From positions 1 through 40,121 of the forward strand of contig CACKQA010000002.1 in the NCBI GenBank assembly GCA_902602135.1: a stretch of 40,121 nucleotides of DNA. The letters are read 5' to 3'. Positions 28,813 through 37,077 of this stretch are shown here, in pieces (the stretch's first letter is position 1; each line of letters begins with the position of its first letter). The notes under the pieces are model-generated. The model was not told where the DNA came from. It ran no database searches and was given only the letters and a program-made list of their open reading frames with translations. The position numbers were made by a program, and so were the translations under genes. This stretch comes from an uncultured Alphaproteobacteria bacterium (GTDB lineage Bacteria > Pseudomonadota > Alphaproteobacteria > HIMB59 > GCA-002718135).

Positions 28813-29631
28813 ATGTCTTTTATTTATAGAGACAAGTTTTGGTACTACACGATTAATATTGTTTTATGTATTTTAATATTATTTCCTATTCTAATAATAT
28901 TAATTCTTTCTTTTAAAACTACAACTGAAATTAGATTTGATAATTTTTTTAATCAATTTACTTTGAAAAATTATTTTTCTATTTGGGATTTAGAAATAAG
29001 AACTAATAAAAATACTTTCAAACAATCACTATTAAATAGTTTAGTTGTAACAAGTGGAACGGTCGTATTATCACTAATTATAAATATTTTAGCTGGGTAT
29101 GCAGTTTCATTACTAACAATACCTTATAAAAATTTTATATTTATTTTATTAATTTTACCTTTCTTAATTCCAGTTTACTCAATTATTATTCCTTTATATA
29201 TTTTACTCTATAAACTTAATTTAAATGATAGTTATCTAGGCTTAATTATAATTTATACTATTTACGTTATGCCAATTGGATTTTTTTTAATGTTTAATTC
29301 TTTTAATAGTATCCCAAAATCTCTACGGGAAGTAGCAATTTTAAATGATAGTTCAGAAATACAAATTCTTTTTTCAATTATGCTTCCATTAGCTATCCCT
29401 GGTTTAATTACTTTAATCATATTTGCTATCTATATTTCTTGGACAGATTATTTACTTGCATTTATCATTATGAACTCTGCTGATATGCAAATGATAAATG
29501 TCACTCTATCTAAAATTGGGTTTAGGTCAATTTATCCATATGCCGGATATGTAATTTCTTACTTACCTCTCATGATTATTTTCATTTTGCTTCAAAAATT
29601 CTATTTTAAGAGTATAATTTCATCATCTTAA
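28813..29631 (+). CDS. Sugar ABC transporter permease, MalG/UgpE type (TMD2 copy 4, 272 aa, most divergent)
   Basis: Same six-TM architecture and an EAA-like loop SLREVAILNDSSEIQILFSIMLPLAIPG. The N-terminus, last loop and C-terminus have diverged. The ORF is intact. Confidence 0.75.
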   Translation: MSFIYRDKFWYYTINIVLCILILFPILIILILSFKTTTEIRFDNFFNQFTLKNYFSIWDLEIRTNKNTFKQSLLNSLVVTSGTVVLSLIINILAGYAVSLLTIPYKNFIFILLILPFLIPVYSIIIPLYILLYKLNLNDSYLGLIIIYTIYVMPIGFFLMFNSFNSIPKSLREVAILNDSSEIQILFSIMLPLAIPGLITLIIFAIYISWTDYLLAFIIMNSADMQMINVTLSKIGFRSIYPYAGYVISYLPLMIIFILLQKFYFKSIISSS

Positions 29632-29634
29632 AAT

Positions 29635-30669
29635 ATGAAAAATGAATTTATGAATGTGCCGATCTTTACTGGAGATGGTAAAGTACAGTTTGAAGAAAGA
29701 AAAATTCCAACGCCAGGAGATAATCAACTCTTAATTCAGGCAAAAGCAAATTTATTGTGTGGTTCTGATAGAAATCAATTTTACAATGGAAGTCCTCAAT
29801 GTATTCCAGGACATGAAGGAGCCGGTGTAATTGTAGATAAAGGAAAAAATGCCAAATTTGAAATCGGTATGAAAGGTGCTGTATACTTATATGATTATTG
29901 CCATAAATGTCGAAGTTGCCAATTAGGGTTAACTAATCAATGTTTACATAAAAACTGTGATTATGGTTTTAATGTTGATGGTGCTTTTTGTGAATATTAT
30001 CTTGTAAATGATTATGTTTTTTTTCCAGTCGATGAAAGTGTTGATGTGATCAATGCGACGTTGCTTTTAGATGTAATGGGGACAGGTGGCCATGCTACCA
30101 AAAGAGCACAGTTAGTTCATAAAGATATTCAATCAGTGCTAATAAATGGCGCAGGACCTATCGGTCTCGGACTTTTAGCAATGAGTAAATTAACTTTTGC
30201 AAAAAATTTACCCGTTATGATTAATGATGTTAAATCATCTAGATTACCATTAGCAGAAAAGATGGGTGGCTTACCTATAGATTTATCGAAACAATCTTTA
30301 GAAGAGGGTATGGAGCAACACGGAATTAAAAATCCTGATGTTGCTATTGATGCAACAGGTAAAACAGTAGCTAGGAAAAATGCTCTTCAAGCTTTAGCTA
30401 AAAGGGGTGTGTTAGTTATGGTTGGTAATGGTGAAGGTTTGGAATTTGAACAATATCCAGATATGGGTGGTCCAGAAAGAAGCATTCTTGGTAGTGAGTA
30501 TTTTTCTTATAATGAAATGGAGGCAAATCATGAATTACTTAAAAATAATCAAGAATATTTATCTCAAATAATTACACATCAGTATAACATTGAAGATGTC
30601 CAAAAATCATATGAACATTTTTTCTCTCCTGAATCTGATGCAGGTAAAATAGCTGTTGTTCATAACTAA
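29635..30669 (+). CDS. Zinc-dependent medium-chain alcohol/polyol dehydrogenase (MDR family)
   Basis: Catalytic zinc ligands in LCGSD and GHEGAG, structural zinc cluster CHKCRSCQLGLTNQC, and NAD fold GAGPIGLG. Confidence 0.85.
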   Translation: MKNEFMNVPIFTGDGKVQFEERKIPTPGDNQLLIQAKANLLCGSDRNQFYNGSPQCIPGHEGAGVIVDKGKNAKFEIGMKGAVYLYDYCHKCRSCQLGLTNQCLHKNCDYGFNVDGAFCEYYLVNDYVFFPVDESVDVINATLLLDVMGTGGHATKRAQLVHKDIQSVLINGAGPIGLGLLAMSKLTFAKNLPVMINDVKSSRLPLAEKMGGLPIDLSKQSLEEGMEQHGIKNPDVAIDATGKTVARKNALQALAKRGVLVMVGNGEGLEFEQYPDMGGPERSILGSEYFSYNEMEANHELLKNNQEYLSQIITHQYNIEDVQKSYEHFFSPESDAGKIAVVHN

Positions 30670-30672
30670 TTT

Positions 30673-31653
30673 ATGAAAAAAATAAAAGTTGCACTTATTG
30701 GAACAGGTAATTGGTGTTTACAACATTGTCGTATTCTTTCACAAAGCCCTCAAGTTGAATTCTGTGGCATTTTAGGAAGAAATAAAGAAAGAACAAAAAA
30801 AAGAGCCAAACTTTATGATGTTCCATATTATATTGATTTTAACGAACTAATAAAAAATCAAAAACCTGATTTAATAAATATAAGTCTTCCGAATGAACAT
30901 CATTACGACATGACAATGAAAGTGATTAAATCTAATACTTCTTTATTTGTTGAGAAGCCTCTTGTTTTTAAAATGAGTGAAGCAAATAAACTTTTATCTG
31001 AAGCTAAGAAAAGAAATCTCTTTTTTGGAATTAATTTTAATTGGCATTATTCTACTCCAGTAAAAAAAGCGATTAAAGCAATTAAAAATAATCAGTTAGG
31101 AGAAATTAATTTTATTACATGGAGATTTGGTGGTGGTGGAGGTGGAAAAAATTTAGATCCTAACGGGAACTTAATTGAAACTCAATGCCATGGATTTGAT
31201 ATGCTTGAATATTTAAATGGACCAATAAAATCAGTTCATTCATTTATGACAGATAAAACAAAAAAAGGTTTTAGTACGATGGTTGTATCAATGAATTTCA
31301 AAAACAAATCAATTGGAAGCTTGCTTGGATCATATGACACATCTTATCAATATCCTAATTCTCATTATGTAGAAATAAATGGGTCGAAGGGAAGAATTTT
31401 AATAGAGGATCAGGTGCAAAAATATACATTTAACAAGAAAGATAGTGAAACCGCTGAAGTGTGGAAAGCAGGATTTTTTAATGATTACGAAAGAGAGTTT
31501 TTGCGAACGTTTGATGAGCATTATAAAGAAGTAATTAATAATTTCATAAAAGGGAAGAGCCCTCCAATACATGCTAAGGCTGGAAAACGAGCTTTAGAAC
31601 TTGCACTTGCATCAATTAAATCTTTTAAGTTAAAAAAAGTTATAAATATTTAG
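30673..31653 (+). CDS. Gfo/Idh/MocA family NAD(P)-dependent sugar oxidoreductase
   Basis: N-terminal Rossmann IKVALIGTGNW, the EKP motif (FVEKPL), and a C-terminal alpha/beta dimerisation domain. Confidence 0.82.
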   Translation: MKKIKVALIGTGNWCLQHCRILSQSPQVEFCGILGRNKERTKKRAKLYDVPYYIDFNELIKNQKPDLINISLPNEHHYDMTMKVIKSNTSLFVEKPLVFKMSEANKLLSEAKKRNLFFGINFNWHYSTPVKKAIKAIKNNQLGEINFITWRFGGGGGGKNLDPNGNLIETQCHGFDMLEYLNGPIKSVHSFMTDKTKKGFSTMVVSMNFKNKSIGSLLGSYDTSYQYPNSHYVEINGSKGRILIEDQVQKYTFNKKDSETAEVWKAGFFNDYEREFLRTFDEHYKEVINNFIKGKSPPIHAKAGKRALELALASIKSFKLKKVINI

Positions 31654-32450
31654 CGCTGATAAACAATTTTGTTCATCGGATGATCTGCTATTTCTCCTGC
31701 TTTTTTTCCACCAAGAAATAATTCAGCATCTCCTTTTCTATCTTTTGTATCAAGTTTACCTACACGAGATCCATCAGCATAATATGTTACAACCATTGCT
31801 TCACGTATTTTGTCTGATTTATTTAATCCAGCTCCATGAATAGTCCATCCAAAGTGAAAAGTGCAATCACCAGCATCTATTGAGTCTAATTCAACAACTT
31901 CCAAATTTTTTTCTTCAATTATCTTATCATAATGATCTTCTGATTTTTCATTTATTGATATACCCATTAAATCACCCATTGTATGAGAATTTTTTACAAA
32001 TCGCATAATTCCCATATCTTTATTACAATCGATTAATGGCATCCATAATCCAATATGAAGATTTGTATCAAGTGGCCAAAAAAATTGATCCTGATGCCAG
32101 TATGATTTTGTATCTCCGGGGTGTTTAAAAATTGCTTGTTCATGAAATATTCGAACAGCATTAACCTTCATTAGATCAGCAGCAATTTTTCCCAAACGTT
32201 TTGATAAACAAAATTTTTCAACACCTTTAGAGTCATAGCGGATATTAAGTGCTTGATAAAATGCACCACCAAATTCTTTATCTTTATCTTTATTTCTTTC
32301 TTCTGCTACTTTTTTTATTTCATCTCTATAAGAAGAAATTTCACTCTTTGATAAAACATTTTTTAACACTACAAAGCCATTTTGCCAAAAAAAATCAATT
32401 TTTTCTTCATCTAAGTTATAATAATTATCAATATTAGGTAAATTATTCAT
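31650..32450 (-). CDS. Phytanoyl-CoA dioxygenase (PhyH) family Fe(II)/2-oxoglutarate oxygenase (second paralog)
   Basis: HxD in WHQDQFFWPL and distal His in WTIHGAGLN. Same length class and N-terminal NGF.VLK pattern as 8754..9548. Confidence 0.75.
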   Translation of the reverse strand: MNNLPNIDNYYNLDEEKIDFFWQNGFVVLKNVLSKSEISSYRDEIKKVAEERNKDKDKEFGGAFYQALNIRYDSKGVEKFCLSKRLGKIAADLMKVNAVRIFHEQAIFKHPGDTKSYWHQDQFFWPLDTNLHIGLWMPLIDCNKDMGIMRFVKNSHTMGDLMGISINEKSEDHYDKIIEEKNLEVVELDSIDAGDCTFHFGWTIHGAGLNKSDKIREAMVVTYYADGSRVGKLDTKDRKGDAELFLGGKKAGEIADHPMNKIVYQR

Positions 32451-32453
32451 ATC

Positions 32454-32475
32454 TATTCAAATTTATATTTGAATA
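32454..32475. promoter_or_regulatory. Candidate operator: perfect 9-bp inverted repeat with a 4-nt spacer
   Basis: TATTCAAAT-TTAT-ATTTGAATA sits in the 86-nt divergent spacer between the PhyH gene and the GH51 gene. Confidence 0.3.
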
Positions 32476-32536
32476 ATTATTGTAATTAAATCTTTTTTAA
32501 TTATGATTTTTTAATTCTTGTTAATATAAATTTTTT

Positions 32537-34084
32537 ATGAAAGTTAAAATTGTTCTCCATAAAGACTATAAAATTAGTCACATTGATAAAAGAATATATA
32601 GTTCATTTCTAGAACATCTTGGAAGAGCAATATATGAAGGTATTTACGAACCTGATCATTCTGAGGCAGATGAAAATGGATTTAGAAAAGATGTAATGAA
32701 ATTAGTTTCTGAATTAAATATGCCTGCAGTTAGGTACCCTGGTGGTAATTTTGTTTCAGCTTTTAATTGGGAAGATTCCATTGGCTTAAAAGAAGACAGG
32801 CCAACAAGATTAGACTTAGCTTGGAAAAGTAAAGAGACTAACGAATTTGGTTTAAATGAATTTATCACATGGTGTAAAAAAGTTAACACAGAGCCTATTT
32901 ATGCTATTAATCTTGGAACCAGAGGTATTGATGCGGCAAGAAATATCATAGAATATTGCAACCATCCAAGTGGCTCTTATTGGAGTGAATTACGCATAAA
33001 ACATGGATTTAAAGACCCTCATAATATTAAAATGTGGTGCTTGGGTAATGAAATGGATGGTGAATGGCAGGTTGGTCATAAAACAGCTTATGAATACGGA
33101 AGACTTGCCAATGAAACTGCAAAAGCTATGCGTTTATTTGATAAAAATATTGAATTGGTTGTTTGTGGAAGTTCGTCAGATACAATGAAAACATTTCCAG
33201 AATGGGAAAGAGAAGTATTAGATTTAACTTATGACTCCGTAGATTATATTTCTATGCATAAATATTGGAGTAATTCTGAAGATAGATCCGATGAAAGAGA
33301 AATTGGCAAACATAATACAACTAATTATTTAACTAATAGTATTGGTCTTCAAACATACATATCTGATGTTGAAAGTACTATAAATTTTATAAAGTCAAAA
33401 AAAAGATCAAAAAAAAATATTAAAATTAGTTTTGATGAATATCAGCCTTGGTATCATAGTATTAAAAAAATGAATACACATTTAAATTCAGATATTAAAG
33501 ATTGGCCCAAAGCATACCCAATTTTAGAAGATGAATATAATCTGTTAGACTGTTTACTTATTGGAACTGTGATCAATACTTTTATAAATAACTCACATAT
33601 CGTTAAAATTGCCTGTATGGCTCAACTTGTTAATGTTATACCAGCAATTTCTACAGTAAAAAATGGAATTAGTTGGAGGCAATCAGTATATTATCCACTT
33701 TATTTCGCATCTTTATACGGAAGAGGGGAGTCGCTTCAACTTAAAATTAATTCACCTAAGTATTCAAGTGATATAGCTGATGATGTTAACTATGTAGATG
33801 CATCTGCTGTAGTAAATGAAGAAAAAAAAACATTATCTTTTTTTATTATTAATAGATCAGAAGAAGAAAATGTAGATTTAGATTTTGATATAAATAACTT
33901 ACCAATTATTAAAATAATTGATCAGCAAATAATTAATCATACAAGTATATATGCATCAAACACTATTAACAAACCAAACGAAATTGTTCCAAAAAAAACT
34001 AATATAGTAACTTTTCAAAATGAAAATTTAATGGCTAAAATACCTAAATTGTCATACCTATTTATTCTCTTAAAAATAAAATAA
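32537..34084 (+). CDS. abfA: Glycoside hydrolase family 51 alpha-L-arabinofuranosidase, cytoplasmic
   Basis: Long AbfA-type strings: FLEHLGRAIYEGIYEP, VRYPGGNFVSAFNWEDSIG, ETNEFGLNEF, LGTRGIDAARNIIEYCNHPSGSYWSELR, the acid/base context WCLGNEMDGEWQVGHKTA, and the nucleophile context ISFDEYQPWY. No signal peptide. Confidence 0.9.
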   Translation: MKVKIVLHKDYKISHIDKRIYSSFLEHLGRAIYEGIYEPDHSEADENGFRKDVMKLVSELNMPAVRYPGGNFVSAFNWEDSIGLKEDRPTRLDLAWKSKETNEFGLNEFITWCKKVNTEPIYAINLGTRGIDAARNIIEYCNHPSGSYWSELRIKHGFKDPHNIKMWCLGNEMDGEWQVGHKTAYEYGRLANETAKAMRLFDKNIELVVCGSSSDTMKTFPEWEREVLDLTYDSVDYISMHKYWSNSEDRSDEREIGKHNTTNYLTNSIGLQTYISDVESTINFIKSKKRSKKNIKISFDEYQPWYHSIKKMNTHLNSDIKDWPKAYPILEDEYNLLDCLLIGTVINTFINNSHIVKIACMAQLVNVIPAISTVKNGISWRQSVYYPLYFASLYGRGESLQLKINSPKYSSDIADDVNYVDASAVVNEEKKTLSFFIINRSEEENVDLDFDINNLPIIKIIDQQIINHTSIYASNTINKPNEIVPKKTNIVTFQNENLMAKIPKLSYLFILLKIK

Positions 34085-34101
34085 ATTTAATTTTATTAAT
34101 T

Positions 34102-34923
34102 TTATTTTGTTCCTAAGGCAAAACCTCTTAGTAAATATTTTTGAAAGTATACTAAAAGAAAAATAGTTGGAACAGTAGAAATAATAATTCCTGCTAAGGA
34201 TGTACCCATATACATACTCAATCTATTTCCTAACTGAAGAGACATACCAACCTGAAGTGTTCTCATGTGCTGTTCTGAGGCAGATACAAGAGGCCATACA
34301 TAATCATTCCAAGCTCCACCAAAATTCACTATAGCTACTGTAAAAATCGCAGGTAGTGCTAGTGGCAGCATTATTCTAATAAAAATTTGCAAACGATTAG
34401 CTCCATCAATAACAGAAGCTTCCTCTACTTCTTTTGGAACACCCTTAAAATATTGTGTCATAATAAAAACACCAAATGGTATTCCAAGCTTTGGAAGAAA
34501 TAAACCCGTATGTGTGTTATTTAGTCCTAAAGAACTAAACTGCGTAAAGAGAGGGATAAATAATAATTCACCGGGTATCATTAATCCAGCAAGAACAAGT
34601 GGATATATAAATTTACGACCAAAAAAATCAATTCTTGCAAATGCGTACCCTGCCATTGAGCAAAATACAGTAGTGAAAAAAGTTGCACATAACGCAACTA
34701 TTAAACTGTTCGTAACCCATACATCAAAACTTGAACTCCACATTTTAATATAATTTTCGACAGTAAAAGGAATGGGAAAAAATCCAAATAAGAAATTTGT
34801 AGTTGTTTTTTGTAATAATTCATTCGGTTGAAAAGATAAAGAGATTACCCATACAACTGGGGTAAACCATATTAGACATGCTATTAAAATTACAAAAAAA
34901 TTGAGAGTTAATCTTTTACTCAT
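34102..34923 (-). CDS. Sugar ABC transporter permease, MalG/UgpE type (second system)
   Basis: Six-TM profile with EAA loop EVEEASVIDGANRLQIFIRIMLPLALP. It overlaps the upstream permease gene by 8 nt. Confidence 0.88.
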   Translation of the reverse strand: MSKRLTLNFFVILIACLIWFTPVVWVISLSFQPNELLQKTTTNFLFGFFPIPFTVENYIKMWSSSFDVWVTNSLIVALCATFFTTVFCSMAGYAFARIDFFGRKFIYPLVLAGLMIPGELLFIPLFTQFSSLGLNNTHTGLFLPKLGIPFGVFIMTQYFKGVPKEVEEASVIDGANRLQIFIRIMLPLALPAIFTVAIVNFGGAWNDYVWPLVSASEQHMRTLQVGMSLQLGNRLSMYMGTSLAGIIISTVPTIFLLVYFQKYLLRGFALGTK

Positions 34924-35998
34924 TTTCTCTAAATAACCTAAATTGTAAAAAGGTAAAAAAACCTATGATTAAAAATAGTACTACTGAAACTGCAGCACCT
35001 GAGCCCATTCTCATATCTCTAAAAGAGTATTCGTAAATTAATTGAACTAAAGTTCTTGAATTATTATCTGGTCCACCTCCAGTTAGAAGTTGTGACTGAG
35101 CAAATATTTGTAAATGAGCAATAATTTGTAAAACGGATACAAGAAGGAAAATTCTACTTACCCCTGGTAAAGTTATATACCAAAACATTTGACTATTTGA
35201 TGCGCCATCAATTCTTGCAGCTTCGTATCTTTCATCAGGAATTTGTTGAAGGGCGGCAATAAATAAAATTATTGGCAAACCAATTGTCCACCAAACAGTT
35301 GCAAAAATGATAACAAATCTACCTCCAATTGTTTTTTGTGTAAAAGGATAAGCATCATACCCAAATGCCTCTATGGCATTATTTACTAAACTTGCATATG
35401 GAGCAAAAAGTTGATTGAATACTAATGATAATCCTACAACTCCAACACCACCAGTTGCCCAGAACATCGTTCTAATAATGGTAAATGTTACACCTTTTTT
35501 ATTTGTTGCAATGGCTAAAATGACAGCAATGAAGGTAACACCATAGGCAGAGTAAAAAGCTAAAATAATTGTATTTCTTACTGTTTTCCAAAATAGATCG
35601 TCTTCCCAATACGCATCTTCTGTTGGTTTAATTCCATTCATAAAATAAACAATTAGAGCAAATATAAAGAAAAACTTTAAACCAACGTTATGCTTTAATA
35701 TTTCGTTTTTATGAAAAATATAAATAGTAGCAATTATCAATAAAAGTACACAAATTTTTATTGGAGTTAAAAAAACGGTAAAATCATAATAAACACCTTC
35801 TCCAGCTAATAAATATATATAATTTTCAAATCCAATAAATTTTTTGTTATCTGGATTGATAGCTACAGCCATCAAATTCCAATCAAAAAAACTCATATAA
35901 AATAATTTACCAAATGGATAGATTAGAAAAGATAAAAAGAAGACTATAAAAGGTAATATTAATAAATATGCATAAAAATTGTCGTTTTTAATTTTCAT
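34916..35998 (-). CDS. Sugar ABC transporter permease, MalF/UgpA type with two extra TM segments (second system)
   Basis: EAA loop RYEAARIDGASNSQMFWYITLPG. An insert of about 65 residues containing two hydrophobic helices sits between FIGFENYIYLL and DDLFWKTVRNT. The start overlaps the lacI-family stop (TAATG). Confidence 0.85.
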   Translation of the reverse strand: MKIKNDNFYAYLLILPFIVFFLSFLIYPFGKLFYMSFFDWNLMAVAINPDNKKFIGFENYIYLLAGEGVYYDFTVFLTPIKICVLLLIIATIYIFHKNEILKHNVGLKFFFIFALIVYFMNGIKPTEDAYWEDDLFWKTVRNTIILAFYSAYGVTFIAVILAIATNKKGVTFTIIRTMFWATGGVGVVGLSLVFNQLFAPYASLVNNAIEAFGYDAYPFTQKTIGGRFVIIFATVWWTIGLPIILFIAALQQIPDERYEAARIDGASNSQMFWYITLPGVSRIFLLVSVLQIIAHLQIFAQSQLLTGGGPDNNSRTLVQLIYEYSFRDMRMGSGAAVSVVLFLIIGFFTFLQFRLFRENE

Positions 35999-36999
35999 TA
36001 TTTTACCTTTACAGATTCACGTTTTATTAATGGAGACTCAACTAAAATATTAAAATTATCATTAAATTTTTGTGGATCAATTATATGCTTAATGGCTTTT
36101 TGCGTCATTTCAGAATATGGTAATTGAACGGTTGTAAGCTTAGGTTTAACAAGTTCACTTATTCTTGAATTATCAAAGCCAATAATTGAAATATCATTTG
36201 GTATTTTCAATCCTGCTTCTTTTATTGCTTGATATGAGCCCATAGCAATTTCATCAGATGTACAAAAGATAGCATCTATTTTTTTATTTTTTTTTAATAA
36301 TTTTTTTGCTTCAAAATAGCCTCCATTTTCTACATTACTTTCAGGTTTAACAATGAAGCTGTTACTATAATTGATGTTGTTTTCTGTATGCGCATCTCGC
36401 CAACCTGATAATCTATCTTTATAACCTTTCATCCAAGTATCACTTGATAATATTATCGGAATTTTTTTTAAGTTATTTTGAAAAAGATAATTTACAGCTT
36501 TTTTTGCCCCATTGTAATCATCCGGTAATATTGTTAAGCCATTAAAATTATTACTGTAACAATTTAATAATATTTTACTTAAATTTAGATTATTTAAATT
36601 TATTTCTAATTTTTTTGTGTAACTGTTTGCAATAATTACACCGTCTGGTTTAAATTCATCTATTGCTTTAAAAATATTTTTTTTATTATCGAGTAATTTA
36701 TTGAACAAAAAAACAAATTGATGTGACTTTAAATCATAACCATTAAAACCATCAAGTAATTTACTGGCAACATTCTCGTTGTAAGAAAATTCCTCCATAA
36801 AAAAAATAAATTTTCTTTTATTAAGTCTACGAATTTTATTATTGCCACTGTAGTTATATTTTTTTCCGATTTTTTTGACATTATTCCATGTTTTGTCAGA
36901 AATACCTTGGTTTTTTTTATCATTAAGAACTATTGAAGCTGTTGCAGGACTAACTTTAGCAAGTTTTGCGATTTCTCTTAATGTGATTTTTTTTTTCAT
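35998..36999 (-). CDS. LacI/GalR-family transcriptional regulator
   Basis: N-terminal HTH ITLREIAKLAKVSPATASIVLN followed by a periplasmic-binding-protein-like sugar-sensing domain (IIGFDN string). Confidence 0.88.
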   Translation of the reverse strand: MKKKITLREIAKLAKVSPATASIVLNDKKNQGISDKTWNNVKKIGKKYNYSGNNKIRRLNKRKFIFFMEEFSYNENVASKLLDGFNGYDLKSHQFVFLFNKLLDNKKNIFKAIDEFKPDGVIIANSYTKKLEINLNNLNLSKILLNCYSNNFNGLTILPDDYNGAKKAVNYLFQNNLKKIPIILSSDTWMKGYKDRLSGWRDAHTENNINYSNSFIVKPESNVENGGYFEAKKLLKKNKKIDAIFCTSDEIAMGSYQAIKEAGLKIPNDISIIGFDNSRISELVKPKLTTVQLPYSEMTQKAIKHIIDPQKFNDNFNILVESPLIKRESVKVK

Positions 37000-37077
37000 T
37001 TTCTAATAAAATTTGTTGGTAAAAATTAATAATTTACTTGAAATATTATTAAATTCAATGCAAATTAACTAAACAAA

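Larger units (their letters stand above)
27052..29631 (+). repeat. Head-to-tail tandem array of three paralogous MalG-type permease genes (a fourth paralog lies at 23100..24026)
   Basis: Protein-level colinearity across the copies. Nucleotide-level similarity is still visible at the 3' ends: ggaagcgcagtaaaagaatag, ggaagtgccgtaaaagaataa and ggaagtgccgttaaagaataa. Spacers are 1 and 5 nt. Confidence 0.85.

Noticed and set aside
31129-31146. GGT/GGA simple repeat encoding a GGGGGG run in the Gfo/Idh/MocA gene, considered as a slippage or phase-variation tract.
   Set aside because: The repeat unit is a codon, so slippage would stay in frame. The tract is short and interrupted (ggt ggt ggt gga ggt gga). 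It is more likely just a flexible glycine loop.
32483-32503. AT-only palindrome taattaaa-tcttt-tttaatta in the PhyH/GH51 spacer. Similar AT-only inverted repeats occur at 34085..34101 between the convergent GH51 and permease genes.
   Set aside because: Palindromes made purely of A and T are frequent by chance at this base composition. They would form very weak stems. They are not convincing as operators or terminators without comparative support.
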